The translations under genes were made by a program, and so were the position numbers. From the human T2T-CHM13v2.0 reference genome, Homo sapiens: 64,000 nt of DNA. The DNA lies in NCBI RefSeq assembly GCF_009914755.1, contig NC_060929.1; one strand, 5' to 3'. Under the pieces are notes generated by a model that saw only the letters and a program-made list of their open reading frames with translations, was not told the origin of the DNA and did not search any database. The first letter of the stretch is position 1. Each line of letters starts with the position of its first letter. Below, piece by piece: positions 1-13,619 of the stretch.

Positions 1-496
1 ATTCCTCTAGTTTCCTTTGTCACCCAAAGGATGTCCTCATGATTTTGGAAGTCATGGTCAAAAAACTGGTGTTTGAGTTTTCTTTTCTGATCTTCTACCC
101 ATTTCCCCTTTTCTTGCCAAAAATCGTGTTTCATCACTGGTCATTTATAACAAAGTTATAAGATTACATTATATCTACAGTATTATGAGATTAAAAACTT
201 TGCTTTAATTAGCAAGAACGTGCAAAAAGCAATCCCACATTCTCATTGCCCTGCTAGTTCTGCATTCTTTCACAGTTCAGCAAAACTATCTGAAATAGTT
301 TCTGGGACATGAGCCAACTCTTCAGCCTTAGCTTGTTCATTATATTCCTTAAGAAGACTTGGAAGACTAATTAGTTGAACCAAAAGAAGAATGTGCTATG
401 ATATGAGCAAAACAAATAGAATGTCTTAATGAGAGATGCTTAAAATTTCACTTTGTGAAACTTTTCCTCCCTCATAAAATTTTGTTCTATTTTTAG

Positions 497-585
497 TTAA
501 TACATCAATTCCCAATGTCACAGAAGTAAAGGAGAACATGACATTTGGATCAACTTTAGTCACCAACCCAAATGGAGGATTTCTG
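497..585 (+). CDS. ITGA1: ITGA1 exon 4 (89 nt): (V)NTSIPNVTEVKENMTFGSTLVTNPNGGFL, beta-propeller
   Basis: ttttag|TT acceptor, CTG|gtaaga donor; phase 1 to 0. Confidence 0.96.
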
Positions 586-704
586 GTAAGAATGGAGAGA
601 ATGATATTTATTGACAACAGATATGCTATCATTTTAAGTCTTTGTAAGATCTGTTATATAATTTTCAGTCTAATGATTTCTAATTTTAAAACAATTTTTT
701 AAAG

Positions 705-816
705 GCTTGTGGGCCCTTATATGCCTATAGATGTGGACATTTGCATTACACAACTGGAATCTGTTCTGACGTCAGCCCCACATTTCAAGTCGTGAATTCC
801 ATTGCCCCTGTACAAG
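705..816 (+). CDS. ITGA1: ITGA1 exon 5 (112 nt): ACGPLYAYRCGHLHYTTGICSDVSPTFQVVNSIAPVQ
   Basis: ttttaaag|GCT acceptor after a 119-nt intron, CAAG|gtacag donor. Confidence 0.96.
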
Positions 817-1423
817 GTACAGATTTTATGCAATGTTCTTGCATGTTTGAAAAGCCTATGCAATGAATGAGACGTATGTATACAAAGGAACATACCAAAA
901 AGCTTAAAGTATTTTCTTAGCTACCAGCATTACCAATTTAGGTAAATGTTTGCTTTGCCAGTATATAACAAAATCTGACTGCTATTTTTGGAATTGATAT
1001 TAGTGTAAATAACTTTACAAAGTCATTTTTAAACATCATAGATAAAGCTGTCATGCTGCTTATATTTAAAGAATGAGTCTCTTTGAAGAAAGAAGTAACT
1101 TCATTTGAGATATGCTCAAAAACTGTTTTATAAAAACTTATATAAAATTCATATTGAGAAAATTTGCAAAGATAACTCTCATACAATACTAATTAAAATT
1201 CAGTAGGTATGAATTTTATCCCACACCAATTGTTATTGAAAGCAATGAATATTTTTATCATCTTTACTTTTTCGAAAACTATTTTTTATTGCTAAAACAA
1301 TGTGTCTACTTTGGAGAACATCAGTTCATCTTTTAAAATGAACTTCTTTCAGCCATGAAAGCACTTCATATGCCTCTGAAAAAAATAGATTCCAAATTTG
1401 ACAATTGACTCCTTTTATTGCAG

Positions 1424-1551
1424 AATGCAGCACTCAACTGGACATAGTCATAGTGCTGGATGGTTCCAACAGTATTTACCCATGGGACAGTGTTACAGCT
1501 TTTTTAAATGACCTTCTTGAAAGAATGGATATTGGTCCTAAACAGACACAG
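1424..1551 (+). CDS. ITGA1: ITGA1 exon 6 (128 nt): [43 protein letters not shown]; I-domain start with MIDAS DxSxS
   Basis: ttgcag|AA acceptor, CAG|gtatgt donor; DGSNS motif. Confidence 0.97.
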
Positions 1552-1665
1552 GTATGTGACTTTGTGTTTTGATTTCTGTTGTTCTAAAGATAAAAATGCA
1601 CAAATTTTTAATAAAACCAAATATTCTGAAAGCAAATTAATCAATAAAACTAAAGTTGAGAATGA

Positions 1666-2050
<385 letters not shown>

Positions 2051-3419
2051 TAGGCTGTGTTATTTTCTAAACAGAAAATATTATGAAAGCTGCCATTTTT
2101 AATGCACTTGAAAAATAACTCCTATAGAGTTCTATAAACTCATAGTTTAATTTTTACTTAAAATGGATATAGCCACTTTTGGTAATGTCAGAGCCGGGTG
2201 TCAGAGTTTGTAAAAACTAATCTGACATCCCAAACAACCCATCACATTATAATCTCTCCTCTCATATTATACAAATAAGTTAGTAACTGACCAGAGGATA
2301 CTACTTAAAGCCTGTTGTCCTTTCTGTTAATAATTTCTTTTCCCTAAGTTAAAAGAAAATGCCCCTGGCTATCTCTGCATAAAATCAAATAGTTGTTTGT
2401 TTATCCCCCCAATTAATATCTATTTCTAAACACATCTCCTTTATTGCCACTAAATGAAGTGGAACTTCTCACACAGCTTTTCCACTTTAGATACTGAGTT
2501 TAATTTAATTACATTTAATTAAATACATTTGACTGATTTAATGTTTATTAAACTCATATGGGCATATATATTAAAATACAGGGCAGACATAATGGATAAC
2601 AGGCAAATAAAATGTCAAAATGAAGTCAATGCCTCAGGTCAGGAATTAGCCCTAGAATCAGAGCCTAAAAGATTGTTGTGTGGTTTGGAGGCTGTAGAGA
2701 GCATAGGAGACTTTAAGATTATAGTACTGCAATCAATACAGTGATCTTCCTTTTTTTTTTTTTTTTCTGAGGACTTTACTTTGGGAGAAGTTTCTGAGGC
2801 ACTGAAAAAGCAGACTGACTGCGTTAATGTTTGCCACACCTACATTAAATTTGGAACATAATATGTGCACATATATATACATACATGTGTCTTCATGTGT
2901 CTGTGTATATTTATGTCTCTCTTAATATTTTGATATCTATGTATATATAATTTTCTAAAAGGATGGTGGTTGAAAATTTCAAAGTTGAACTCAAACTTCA
3001 AAGTGAAATGTATTGCTGCATTCCAAGGCTGAATAGGTCTCTGTAGAGAGTGAGTGGAAGGGTAAGGTTATAAATATCCTGCTGGACAATAGAGAACTTG
3101 TTGAAATCAGTGTAAAATCATTAAAAATGAAATGGGCTTTTACGTATCACAAAATGTAATTTTCCCTGGAAGTGACTTATTTGCAATTGACCTTCTCAAG
3201 TGAAATTACTAGTGGATGGTAGGGGACCTTTTTATCCCGTCTTGCTACAGGGTACAGGGCAGCCTGCATCTTAACAGACCAACTCCAGGATGTGACTTGC
3301 TCTTCCTTCTGGCACCTGTTCCTCATGGACCTCCTTTTTTCCCTTCTGAGACCACTCTTCCTTCCTCCTTTCCTCGCTTCCCCTATCCCTTCTCTCCTTG
3401 GCCAATAAGATAGCATAGA

Positions 3420-3570
3420 GTCATAAGATTAAAGCTGGAAAGAATCTTAAAGGTCATTTGGCCCCCAACCTCAATTTATGAAGGAGACACGAGAGGCTAA
3501 CTGATTTGTTTAAGGTCTTTCTGCTTGCTGATGGCAGATTAGAACACACACAGCTCTCTAATTGTAGCCC
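3420..3570 (-). mobile_element. MIR-family fragment
   Basis: degenerate similarity (gctggaaagaatcttaaaggtcat...gagaggctaactgatttgtttaaggtc). Confidence 0.45.
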
Positions 3571-4620
3571 AGTTTGCTGTTGTTTTTTTTCTTTCTGAGG
3601 GCTCTACTTCTAGAGAAGCTTCAGAGCCAGTACCATCTAATGCCCCTGAATAGTAGATTTCAATCCTTTTCTATTTCATGAGGATGACTGTCCTCATCCT
3701 TCCTCAGGCAGCCTCTTGGCTGAAACCGTGCTAGGCTTGGCAATGACTCACTGCCTGGACTAATACCTTAAATGAAATGGCTTGTGTTCCCGCTTTCTCC
3801 ACTTTTGCCCATGATGTGCGTTCTTTCCTTCTTCTTGTTTTGTCCATCCCATTTGATCTTCTTACCTAACTTTTTCCTTCCAAAGCTAATAACATGCTTG
3901 AAATATTTTTTACAATTTATTATACAGCCATCTAAATATTTTATTTTACCTTTAAATTCACTTATGTATATTACTCTTAAAAATTAATTTATTTGTAGCT
4001 ATTTGTGAAAATTAGTGCAGCTGTGACATGTCTGAAGTTGGTCCACAACTTTAGAAAGAAAATCCATACGGCTCTTTTAGAACAATAATTACAGCTTCTG
4101 TGAAGATCTATGCCAGTGACTCCATTTTGTAAAGAAATAAATAACAGTCAATTGCTTATATGCTCAAGCTATTCTTCTGCAATTTCGATGTTTTTCAGTT
4201 AGAACTATAATTAATTTACATTTCTGTGTTGAGAGTCCTAAAAGAGGAGCTATTCTGCCTGTCCACCAGAGGAATTCTAGCCTGCCAGAGTGGGCAACAT
4301 GAAGTTATATGTATTTTCTGGAGGGAACAATGGCTCTATTCAGACAAATTCAGGAGGGCCCTTGGGGTCCAGATGCTACCAGTGAATGGGAGGAAAATGA
4401 ACTTACCCTGCAGCAGAAGAGTTCAGTTACATTTACCAAGATCCAGGACCTCAATCCACAGAGAAGAATATTTCTGAATGAAGCACTCTGCACAGTGTCG
4501 TTTACATTATCTTCTGACTTCACCCAAGGGAACCTGATTTTTAAAGAGAGAAGCTGATTATATTTCTGAATTTTTATGTCACATCTTGCTTTCATCATTG
4601 ATTGTGGAGCTTAACCATAT

Positions 4621-4747
4621 ACATTCATTCATTTATTCAGATGTATGTACTAAGGGCTTACTATGTTCCAAGCTCTATGCTATAGCTTGGGTAATAGTGG
4701 GGAAGATGACAGACAAGGGTGATGCCTTAATGGTGCTTCTGTCTAAT
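4621..4747 (-). mobile_element. L2 3' end fragment
   Basis: cattcattcatttattc...cttactatgttccaag...gacagacaagg is typical of the L2 3' terminus in reverse. Confidence 0.6.
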
Positions 4748-5236
<489 letters not shown>

Positions 5237-5299
5237 CTAAGGCATAATTATTATATTAGTGTGCGTGAGTGTGTGTCTGTCTATCTGTGTTTGCTGCAT

Positions 5300-5420
5300 A
5301 CTGTAGATAATAGGCACCTCAAGAGCAAAGTCTGCATCATCTTCTTATCTTCGTCAGTGGCCAGCCCAGTGGTTTACTGTGGCACAGTAAGTCCTCAATG
5401 AGCACTTGTTGAGTAAATGT
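5300..5420 (+). mobile_element. L2 3' end fragment
   Basis: tggcacagtaagtcctcaatgagcacttgttgagtaaatg resembles the L2 terminus. Confidence 0.5.
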
Positions 5421-6039
5421 TTGTATCATATTGAGTCCAGTTTTGTATTTTTCTCTGATTATTGGACATTTAATGAGTCTTTTTTCTATAACTGGTATTT
5501 TAAAAATTATTTTAAGTATATTACTTTATACTTTATTCTCTAGTATTCAGTCTTTTCTAATCTTTTTTTTTCTATTTTGGCTTATGTTTTATCAGTGACT
5601 AAATTCATAAATAATTCTCTAAAATGAAGAGATTGGAAAGGACATATTTACCAAGCCATTGCTTTTGCTAAATAACATTTAATAGGGTTTTAAGTATAAT
5701 GCATGTGAACTCTTTTTAAAGTTTGATCATCTTTCAGTGGATTCAGAAAAGAAATCCTGTCATAGAAAATTTGGAAAGACATTTCCTTTTCAAAGAAAAT
5801 ATGTGCTGAAAAGCATGCTTATCTTTCATGTAGTCTTACAGTAATTCTTTCCAAAAACTGTTTACTTGACAATCAATTCTTTTTCTTGATTGGTTGCTAA
5901 TGTAATTTAAATCCATTTGATTTGTTTGTTTGTTTGTTTTTAGTTTTATTTGTTTCTTTTAATGAAAGCATTCAATTCCACCCTATGATTGGCAGAATTA
6001 GCTTCTGGAATTTATTCTCCCCTTTATGTATTCTATCTC

Positions 6040-7205
6040 TGTTTCTGAAAGGAACAGATGTAAAAATGAATTGTGAGAAAGATTACCCAGAGGAGGGTGC
6101 AAAAGATAGAAAGCTAAGAGCTGGACAGAGAACTTTTAGACTCCTCATCCATACCAAATTTCTAAAAGACTATGAATGTAGTTGATAAGATTTGTAGAGA
6201 GGATTTCTCTGTAGAAAGAGCCTACTCAGAAAGGCTTCAGTGGGGTCATACACATCTTAGTATGTGTATACTGGAGTTGGGACACATAGTTGATTGACTA
6301 ATGCCTAACTCCTGTCTGAATTGTCAGAGCATGACAGCAGCTGTTATGTCTAGCTGCTGACAGGGAAGTCGGAGCAGAGGTCACTGCACTGGAGTCAGCC
6401 TGCATCCCCAGAGATTGTTAGAATGCATGTGTTTTCCCAGGATTGGCATGGGTACTCAAAAGCAAGAGCCAGTGTGAGGTCATGTCAGGGCCTGTCCTTA
6501 GGGATTACTGGAAGTGAGTGGCTGCCTCTGCAGAGAATGCAGAAGATCTCTGTAATTCTTAGGAACTGAGGCAGTGGGATGCATTCACTCAGGGCAAGGG
6601 TGTAGGTGAGATATCTCAATGAAGGGAGTTCTCCAAAGAACCCTTGAAAAACTTGTACATACCTATTAGGACCTGATTCATCTTAGGATAATACCAATGC
6701 AGTAATAATTTCTCTATCCTTATTTATCTTCCCTACCTCTGTCCCTGGAAGGTCAGAAATCACAGTTAGCACTCTAAGTGAAAACAAGTAGGAAAACAAA
6801 TAAAAGCCAGTCATGCATCTTTCTCAACTACAGGCTTCTTACCTCGTGTAAGCCCTTAGTAGAAGTAGGAGAGAAGATTTAACTACAAATGCGCTTTGAT
6901 GTTTCGCCTTGTTGGTTTTAATTTAGACAGAACCATATGAAAGTATTGCTGTTTGATCTTTTTTTTCCCAACCTACAAATACAGCAATTTCATTTGGTAC
7001 AGCCTAAATTAAAATATATAACTTTTTAAATTAACAGACATTTTAAAACTAAGAATAAAAAAAAGTCATAAGATATTTATCTTTCCATCTAGGGATAGCA
7101 AAATACTTCACTTTAAATAAATTTTGAAGGACTGGTGGGCCACAAATAAAGGTTATATTCTAATTACACCTCCTGTATTTTTGTTTGCTGTATTGATTAG
7201 TTACA
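6040..7205 (+). mobile_element. Ancient Gypsy-type solo LTR (MamGypLTR1-like); 5' boundary approximate
   Basis: agccagtcatgc...caactacaggcttc, aaaagtcat, aataaattttgaagg, aaataaagg...taattacacc...gttaca follow my recollection of the MamGypLTR1 3' half. Confidence 0.5.
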
Positions 7206-8099
7206 CATTTGGTACAATAGATATAGATTGAATATGATTCCTATTCTCTGCAGTCATAGATTTGTCATTTAGTAATTGCAAGCAATAAAAGGCAGAGTCA
7301 AAGATATGGAATATTTCCCAAAGTAACTGTTACCTCCAAAAAACAAAAATAAAAAAAAAGAAAAGGAAAGGGGGAAGGAAGGAAGGAAGGAAACTTACAT
7401 TAAGTTTTCCATGTGACAATTTAGTATACATTAGGGAAATACAACACAACGATGGAAACATTCACTCTAAGAGTTACTCAAAATCCATTCTATGTTTCTG
7501 TGTGGCCCAATTAAGACTTTTGCAAGCATAGTCAAGGAATTTTTGTCAACCAATTTTTTACCCAAGACAGAGTAAAGGCTATAAAATTGCCTTTTAAAAA
7601 TCACCTATAAAAACAAACCTGAAACACTCTGAGCTTGCCATTAAAGATATGATGGTGTAAACATTATGGAGGTCTTATTGATCCTCAATACCTAAACATA
7701 ACATTGCTTTTAATAATAAATGAAGATAATATAAATATGTCAAATAAGTGTGCATTACCCTAAATAAAACCAGTAAATTGTGAGGCTTGATATAAAAGTG
7801 AAATATACTAACGGAACAATGTCTAGATTGTTCACATCAAAAGTGTAGCATAGCATTAAACCAAGCAAAATGAAACAGAGAAATTAATTAAATTTTAGGA
7901 ATATTATTTATCTTTCTTTTTACTGCTGATTTTATGGCCATTTCCCTAGAAGCCTTAAATCTGGGGCCTGATTCATTGTTTGTAGGTCTGAAAAGAAGCC
8001 TGAGGGAGACATGCAGCCATACCTTTGTCAGTCTGCTTACAGTTTCCGAATGTGGGGTAGGGAATGGGGTGAATCTTCTCTCTCACTAGCCTCTAGTCT

Positions 8100-8830
8100 C
8101 CATTCTCCCACCCCTCCAGCCATCAGGCACTAGAATAATCATTCCGAAGTGAGTTCAGAACATTTCCCTAATAACAAACAAAAAAGAAACAAATAACTCT
8201 TCTTGTTGCCTGCTAAATAATATCCAAGCTCTCTAGTGGACTAACTGGCATCTGACCACCTGGCCCAGCCATTTCTCATGCATCCTGCTTCCCCTTACAC
8301 CCGCCTCAGTCAATTTTTTTTTTTTTTTTTTGTGGGTGGAGGAGATGGAGTTTTGCTCCGATCTCAGCTCACTGCAACCTCCGCCTCCCGGGTTCAAGCT
8401 ATTCTCCTGCCTCAGGCTCCCGAGTAGCTTACCCTTCAGCCATTCCTGGGCCCTTGCCTTCCTTGTTCATGAAGTGCTGTGCTCTTGTTACTTGCTTTTC
8501 CTGTGATTCCCTGCTCCATCTCAAGCGCTGTATTCTAGGAGAATTTCAAATGTCACTTTCTCTGTAATTTTCTATGATTATCCTACCCACTGTTCTTGAG
8601 AAAAATGCCTTCCTCTCCTATGTTCCCATAGCAGCTGCAACCGTGAGAGCACATTTCCTTACTGCTCTTATCACTCAGTAGCATTGCTCTTTGTTTTTTG
8701 GGTCTGTCTCTTCTAGTAGACTGAATTACATGACGACAGAATTGTGCCTTAGTCTTTTCATTTATGGAAGATAGTCTAGGGTTTTATGTTTCCTAGCACA
8801 TGACATGAGCCATTTATGTTGAAAAAATGG
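8100..8830 (+). mobile_element. L2 fragment interrupted by a short Alu piece
   Basis: pyrimidine-rich L2-like text (ttcaaatgtcactttctctg...gtctgtctcttctagtagactg...cctagcacatgacat). Confidence 0.55.
8314..8429 (-). mobile_element. 5'-truncated Alu right-arm fragment with internal deletion
   Basis: poly-T, gagatggagttttgctc^cgatctcagctcactgcaacctccgcctcccgggttcaag...gagtagct. Confidence 0.9.
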
Positions 8831-9747
8831 GAGTTTTTGAATTTTCACCTTCTCATGTATAAAATCGTTGTTTTTAGTGACCTCTTTCCCTTACTTTGCT
8901 TCATAAAGTCATATTGATCCACTGAGCTGGAAGGTACTTGCTTGTGGGGGATTCCCCTGGACAACCCTTTACATTGTATTTCAGTCTTTTCTTTGCAGGT
9001 GTTTACCCACCTAGCCCTATTCCCCTCAGCCCTAATTTCTCCTATAGCCCTTGCCCTTCTCCACAAACACAGTGAATTAACTTTGTTTTAACCTCTCCTA
9101 TCTTTGCATTTTTGAGCCTACGTCACTTTCATTGTAGCATCTTCCATGAAGCAAGAGTCCAGATAAAGATACCCTTTTTCTAGAACCTGTATCTATTATG
9201 TATCAACTTTATTATGTTTCTGAACACTTGTTTCCTTAGGAAATAATCATCTACCTGTAAATCAGTCCCATTTATATCCCTCTTTATAATGACAAAATGT
9301 TAAACCTAGCCTCTGCTAACATAGCTTCAGAATGGTTTGTGCTAACAGTTAACTGGGATTGTATCCTGTATTATCACTACATTTATATCCTGACTTAGTC
9401 ACACTGGAAGCATGTTGTAGGGTAGGGCTTTGTACCATAGTTTGATAAAAGGAAATATACATTGGCCAGACATAAAGCCTGAGCTCTTTTCATATTAGGC
9501 AATTGTGCATCTTACAGGAACACACAAAAACACCTCATTGTTTCACCTTGTCATTACTTCTGTAAAGGAACAATTGACTTGGTAATATTAGTTATTGAAT
9601 GAAAGCCCAGAAACTTAGCTTATGCTGGGCATTAAAATTTGGGTGCTGGTGTAACCCTGACTTAACAAGATAGATATAGAAGATAATAATATAATTATTA
9701 ATTAATAGATAACTCCATTCCTTCATAACTCTTTGACTAAATATACT

Positions 9748-10173
9748 TATCCTAGTTGAGTTTCTGTTGCTATAACAAAATACCCAAGACTAGACAATTT
9801 GAAAAAAAAAAAAGGTGGATTATTTAGCTCATGATTCTGGAGGCTGGGAGGGCCAAGATAGGGTGGCTGCAGCTGTTCAGCTTCTGGTGAGGGCCTTGCG
9901 CTTGGGTCATAACATGGTGGAGAAACAGGAATGGAAGCAGCCACGTGCAAAAAGACCAAACACAAGAGGCAGCCTCGCTTTGTAACAACCTGTTCTCTTG
10001 TAGTAACTAATCCAGCCCCACAAGAGTGAGAACTCACTCCTGTGATAAAGTCCCTCTTGACTCCTCTTTTTGCCTCTTAAAGGCACCACCTCCCAACACC
10101 ACTCCATTGGAGACCAAGCATCAACATGAGTTTTGGTGTCTCGGTGGGGACAAACCATATTCAAGCTGTAGCA
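9748..10173 (-). mobile_element. MaLR solo LTR (MST/MLT1A class)
   Basis: gttgctataacaaaatacc...gctcatgattctggaggctggga...cttctggtgagggcc...caacatgagttttgg...caaaccatattcaagctgtagca. Confidence 0.85.
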
Positions 10174-12087
10174 GAAATTCATAGCTACTTTAGATACTTC
10201 TTTTTCTTAAACACTCTTATCATTTAAGATAGTTGTTAAAATCTTAAACATGACTTTCAGTTTCATAAGAGACTAATCCAAAAGGCCCTCCTTTCAGTGT
10301 TTTCTGATAGTGTCCTTCCTTTCATGTTCACACACTCACTTTTCTCCCTCTTTCTTCTCTGCACCCAAAAGAAATGAAGTCATTGGATAATTAATTTGCT
10401 TTAATTGAGCAGATATTTATAAAGTGTCTGGACGATCAAGTATTATGCTAGGTGTCAAGAGCAATAAAAAAAATCACTGAAATGTTGTTCCTGATTCTAA
10501 AATCTTCCAATTTAGAAATGAGGTAAAATAATATATTGGGACAGCTACAATGCATGATGGTATGTCATAAATATAATGAAGGTGAATTTAAAACACAGAA
10601 CAATTAGTTGATCTTGACAAGTAAGTAAGTCTTACTGTTGTAGAACATTGTTTCCCAGTCTGAGGTGTTGAATATGATCCTCACAAAAAAATATTACTTT
10701 AAATAAGAATAAAATATACCAGGTCTTCCAATTAGTAATCCACAATGCATGTTTTTAAAGACTCTGAGAAAACTTTCAAAAGAATTTGCTTATAAGTCTA
10801 AATAGAACAAGTAGGGATAGGAGTAAGAGAAAACCTTACTCTTTTGCACCATTTGCAATTTGTGACAGTTTTCATAGTGATAGGAGAAAGGTAGAGATGG
10901 GGAGGAGTCTGCCGTAAAGATATATATTTAACTTTATTTTACTCATTGTTTTCCAAGATTATTTGACCATAGAATTCTTTTTTAAATCAAACTTAGTAAC
11001 ATACAAAGGGATGCTAGTATTCCCAAAAAAAAAAAAGTGAGTGGATATTTGTGTGGGGGCTTACCAGAAAATATGATTGTAAATCTCATATTTAAGTGGA
11101 ATGTTCTAATAAGTGTTACAAACCTCTTGTTCATGTAACAAAATTCATAGCCAATTGTGTACCTGATGTATGCCATAGCCTGAATCAGCCTTTAGGTCTC
11201 TTTGGCCTTGGATTGTAATTATCTACCCATCTATTTATTTTGTTCTACTTAATCAAGAGGTTTAAACCACATCTCCCCAGGAGGTAAATGTATCCTTTCC
11301 AGTTGTCTCTGAAAAGGAATTTTCCTTCTGCATGTGACTCCTTATCCCCCGTGATATTATAAGAAACTGTTCTTTCTATATTCATCTACTCTTTTACTGA
11401 TACCACAAACTGCTCTTTACAATCTCTGGGAAAGAATGTCCACATTTAACCCGGTTGCACCTTTTTAGCTGTCATCCCTGCATACCCATTTCTATTCATC
11501 AAAATGCCTAGGATATTTCCACCTCCATGATTTGTTGTCATCAGCTCTCTATCCAACTTCCACCATCTGACTTTTGTATCATCCCAACGTAATTGGCTAC
11601 TTCAAGTCAAATATTAGGATTACTGGTTTTTTTTTTCCTTTTTCCTCTCAATTTCTAGGATGACTTAAACTCCTTTAATTATCATCTTTGACATATTTTC
11701 CAGGCTGAGGGCCACTTTGTTTCCTTCCATAGTACTTTCATAATCTCTTGGCTATTTTTGAGCTGGCTTTCAGATTCAGGAAGCTGAATCCTCCTTCCTC
11801 CTTGAGGATTTTCACGTGGGAGAGAATAAATATGCTTGTGATTTTCTCTCCTCTTGCTTCCTCACGATGTTCATCACTTGGCTCACTTTTTAACTTGCTA
11901 TTTAATTCTCATACTTTATTTGATTCTGCTACATACATTTACATTATGCTTGTTTTATTAGCCTTAAATTATAAGCTAAGGTGAAATGGGAACTATCTCT
12001 GTTGAATTGAATCTCACCAATATTCAGCACAACATTACATTTGTTTGTTTTGTGATTTGACCCTTTGTCTGTAATGAAAATTAACAC

Positions 12088-12131
12088 TAGGTTAGTGCCA
12101 AAGTAATTGCGGTTTTGCCATTATTTTTAAT
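12088..12131. mobile_element. Half of a MADE1 (mariner-derived MITE)
   Basis: taggttagtgccaaagtaattgcggttttgccattatttttaat matches one MADE1 TIR; the second arm is absent. Confidence 0.8.
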
Positions 12132-12879
12132 AAATGGTACCCTTTTCTGGGGAAGACTCACAGCACACCTTACTCTTTCTGGTTCCTAAGAAAACAAGCA
12201 CCCCGGTATCAGCCAGGGAACTACATTGAATGTCATTTCCCTGAGACTTGAGTTTTTCCACTGCTCCCTCTTCACATTTCCCAGACTTCGTTGTATCTCT
12301 CTTTTTCTGCTTATCATTATTTCCCTGCTATCTCGGTTTTCCATTTGCTTATGCGAAATGTTACAGTCATCTAGTAAGAATGTCTTAGGGTCAGCTGTGA
12401 GCAAAGCAAAACAGCAGTGAAGGATAAGAGAATATCAAAAGCCATGACATAGTCCATACTCTTTACCCCTGCCTGTCCCTCTAAAGTTAGGATGTACTTG
12501 GGAAGATATAGTGTGCACTCAAACAGTTGAGAAGAATGCAATACTCACAGACAAGTTTGTTTCAGAGTTCCAAGAAGGGGAAGCTCAATATGGGCTATCC
12601 TGGCAACAAGGTAAGAAAAGTTTTGCAGAGAGAGTGGAACTGGAATTAAATCTTACAAGATTAGCTTAGTAGGAGGGACAAAGAAGTGCATTTGGTAGGA
12701 GTGGAGTTCATATTGGGGAGTCCTGAAGATGGGGGTGAATGGAGAATTTAGCATTGGAATATTAAGGGACTGAAGGTCAAGAGGAGAAAACTGGATTTTA
12801 ACATATGGACCTAGTATTTCAAGGAGTAGCTTGAAGTTTTATCTATTTTTAAAAAATTAGAATAAAAATCTATCTTTTA

Positions 12880-13103
12880 AAGTATATTTCGAAGTCATTG
12901 ATACAGGCAATGGAGAGTTATTGGAGGTTTTTGAACAAGTATGTTATAGGATGAAAGCAGAGTTTCAGGACAGTTAGTCTGCCAGGAATATGTAGAAGGA
13001 TGTGAAGAGAGTGGAAATGAAGAGAGGGAGATCAGCAGCAAAGAGACTGACCATTGCCATGGTCCAAGTTCAAAGCAATGATGTCTGGCCTGAGCTAAGG
13101 TAA
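12880..13103 (-). mobile_element. L2 fragment (host of the following LTR)
   Basis: ggcaatggagagttattggaggtttttgaac...tggtccaagt...tggcctgagctaagg. Confidence 0.55.
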
Positions 13104-13592
13104 TGAGGTAGGAGGCGAGACTTGACTCTGGAGTCGGGCTCCAACACCAGATCAAATTGAGGACTAGATAAAACAGGGATGAGGCAGAAGATGCCTTCCA
13201 TAAACACGCCCACCAGGGTGCCATGTTAGTTTACCATTGACATGGCAACAACCAGGAGTTACTGTCCCATTCCATGGCAATGACCCAAGGACTCAAAAGT
13301 TATTACTCCTTCCCTAGAAAGTTCTGCATACACCACCTCTTAATGTACATGTGATTAAAGTTAAGTATGAATATAACTGCAAAACTGCCCTGAGCTTCTC
13401 CTCTCTGCCTGTGAGGTAGTCCTGCCTGGCAGGAGCAGTCACGGAGCCGTAAGGCCACCAGAGCTGTAACGCTGCAGCTTCAAAATAAAGCTGTTTTCTT
13501 CCACCTCTGGCTTGCCCTTGAATTCTTTCCTGAGCAAAGCCAAGAACCCTTGTGGGCTGAGACCCATTTTGGGGCTCACCTGTCCTGCATGA
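13104..13592 (+). mobile_element. ERV1 solo LTR, MER41 family-like
   Basis: starts TGaggtaggaggcg, catggcaac motifs, aataaagctg, cccttgaattctttcctgagcaaagccaagaaccc, ends ctgcatga; near-TSD gtaa/gtag. Confidence 0.75.
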
Positions 13593-13619
13593 GTAGGAAT
13601 GCAGGGACACAGTTGACAG

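Noticed and set aside
2838-2862. tacattaaatttggaacata, faintly like the U6 snRNA 5' region
   Set aside because: Match is short and mismatched, and there is no flanking U6 sequence.
4260-4295. CTCF-like ccaccagagg (also actagaggggcag near 42531) and isolated AP-1 TGACTCA (3744-3750)
   Set aside because: Partial or single short motifs are expected by chance in 64 kb and cannot be supported without chromatin data.
7370-7393. (GGAA)n run
   Set aside because: Only about 5 units; an ordinary short microsatellite.
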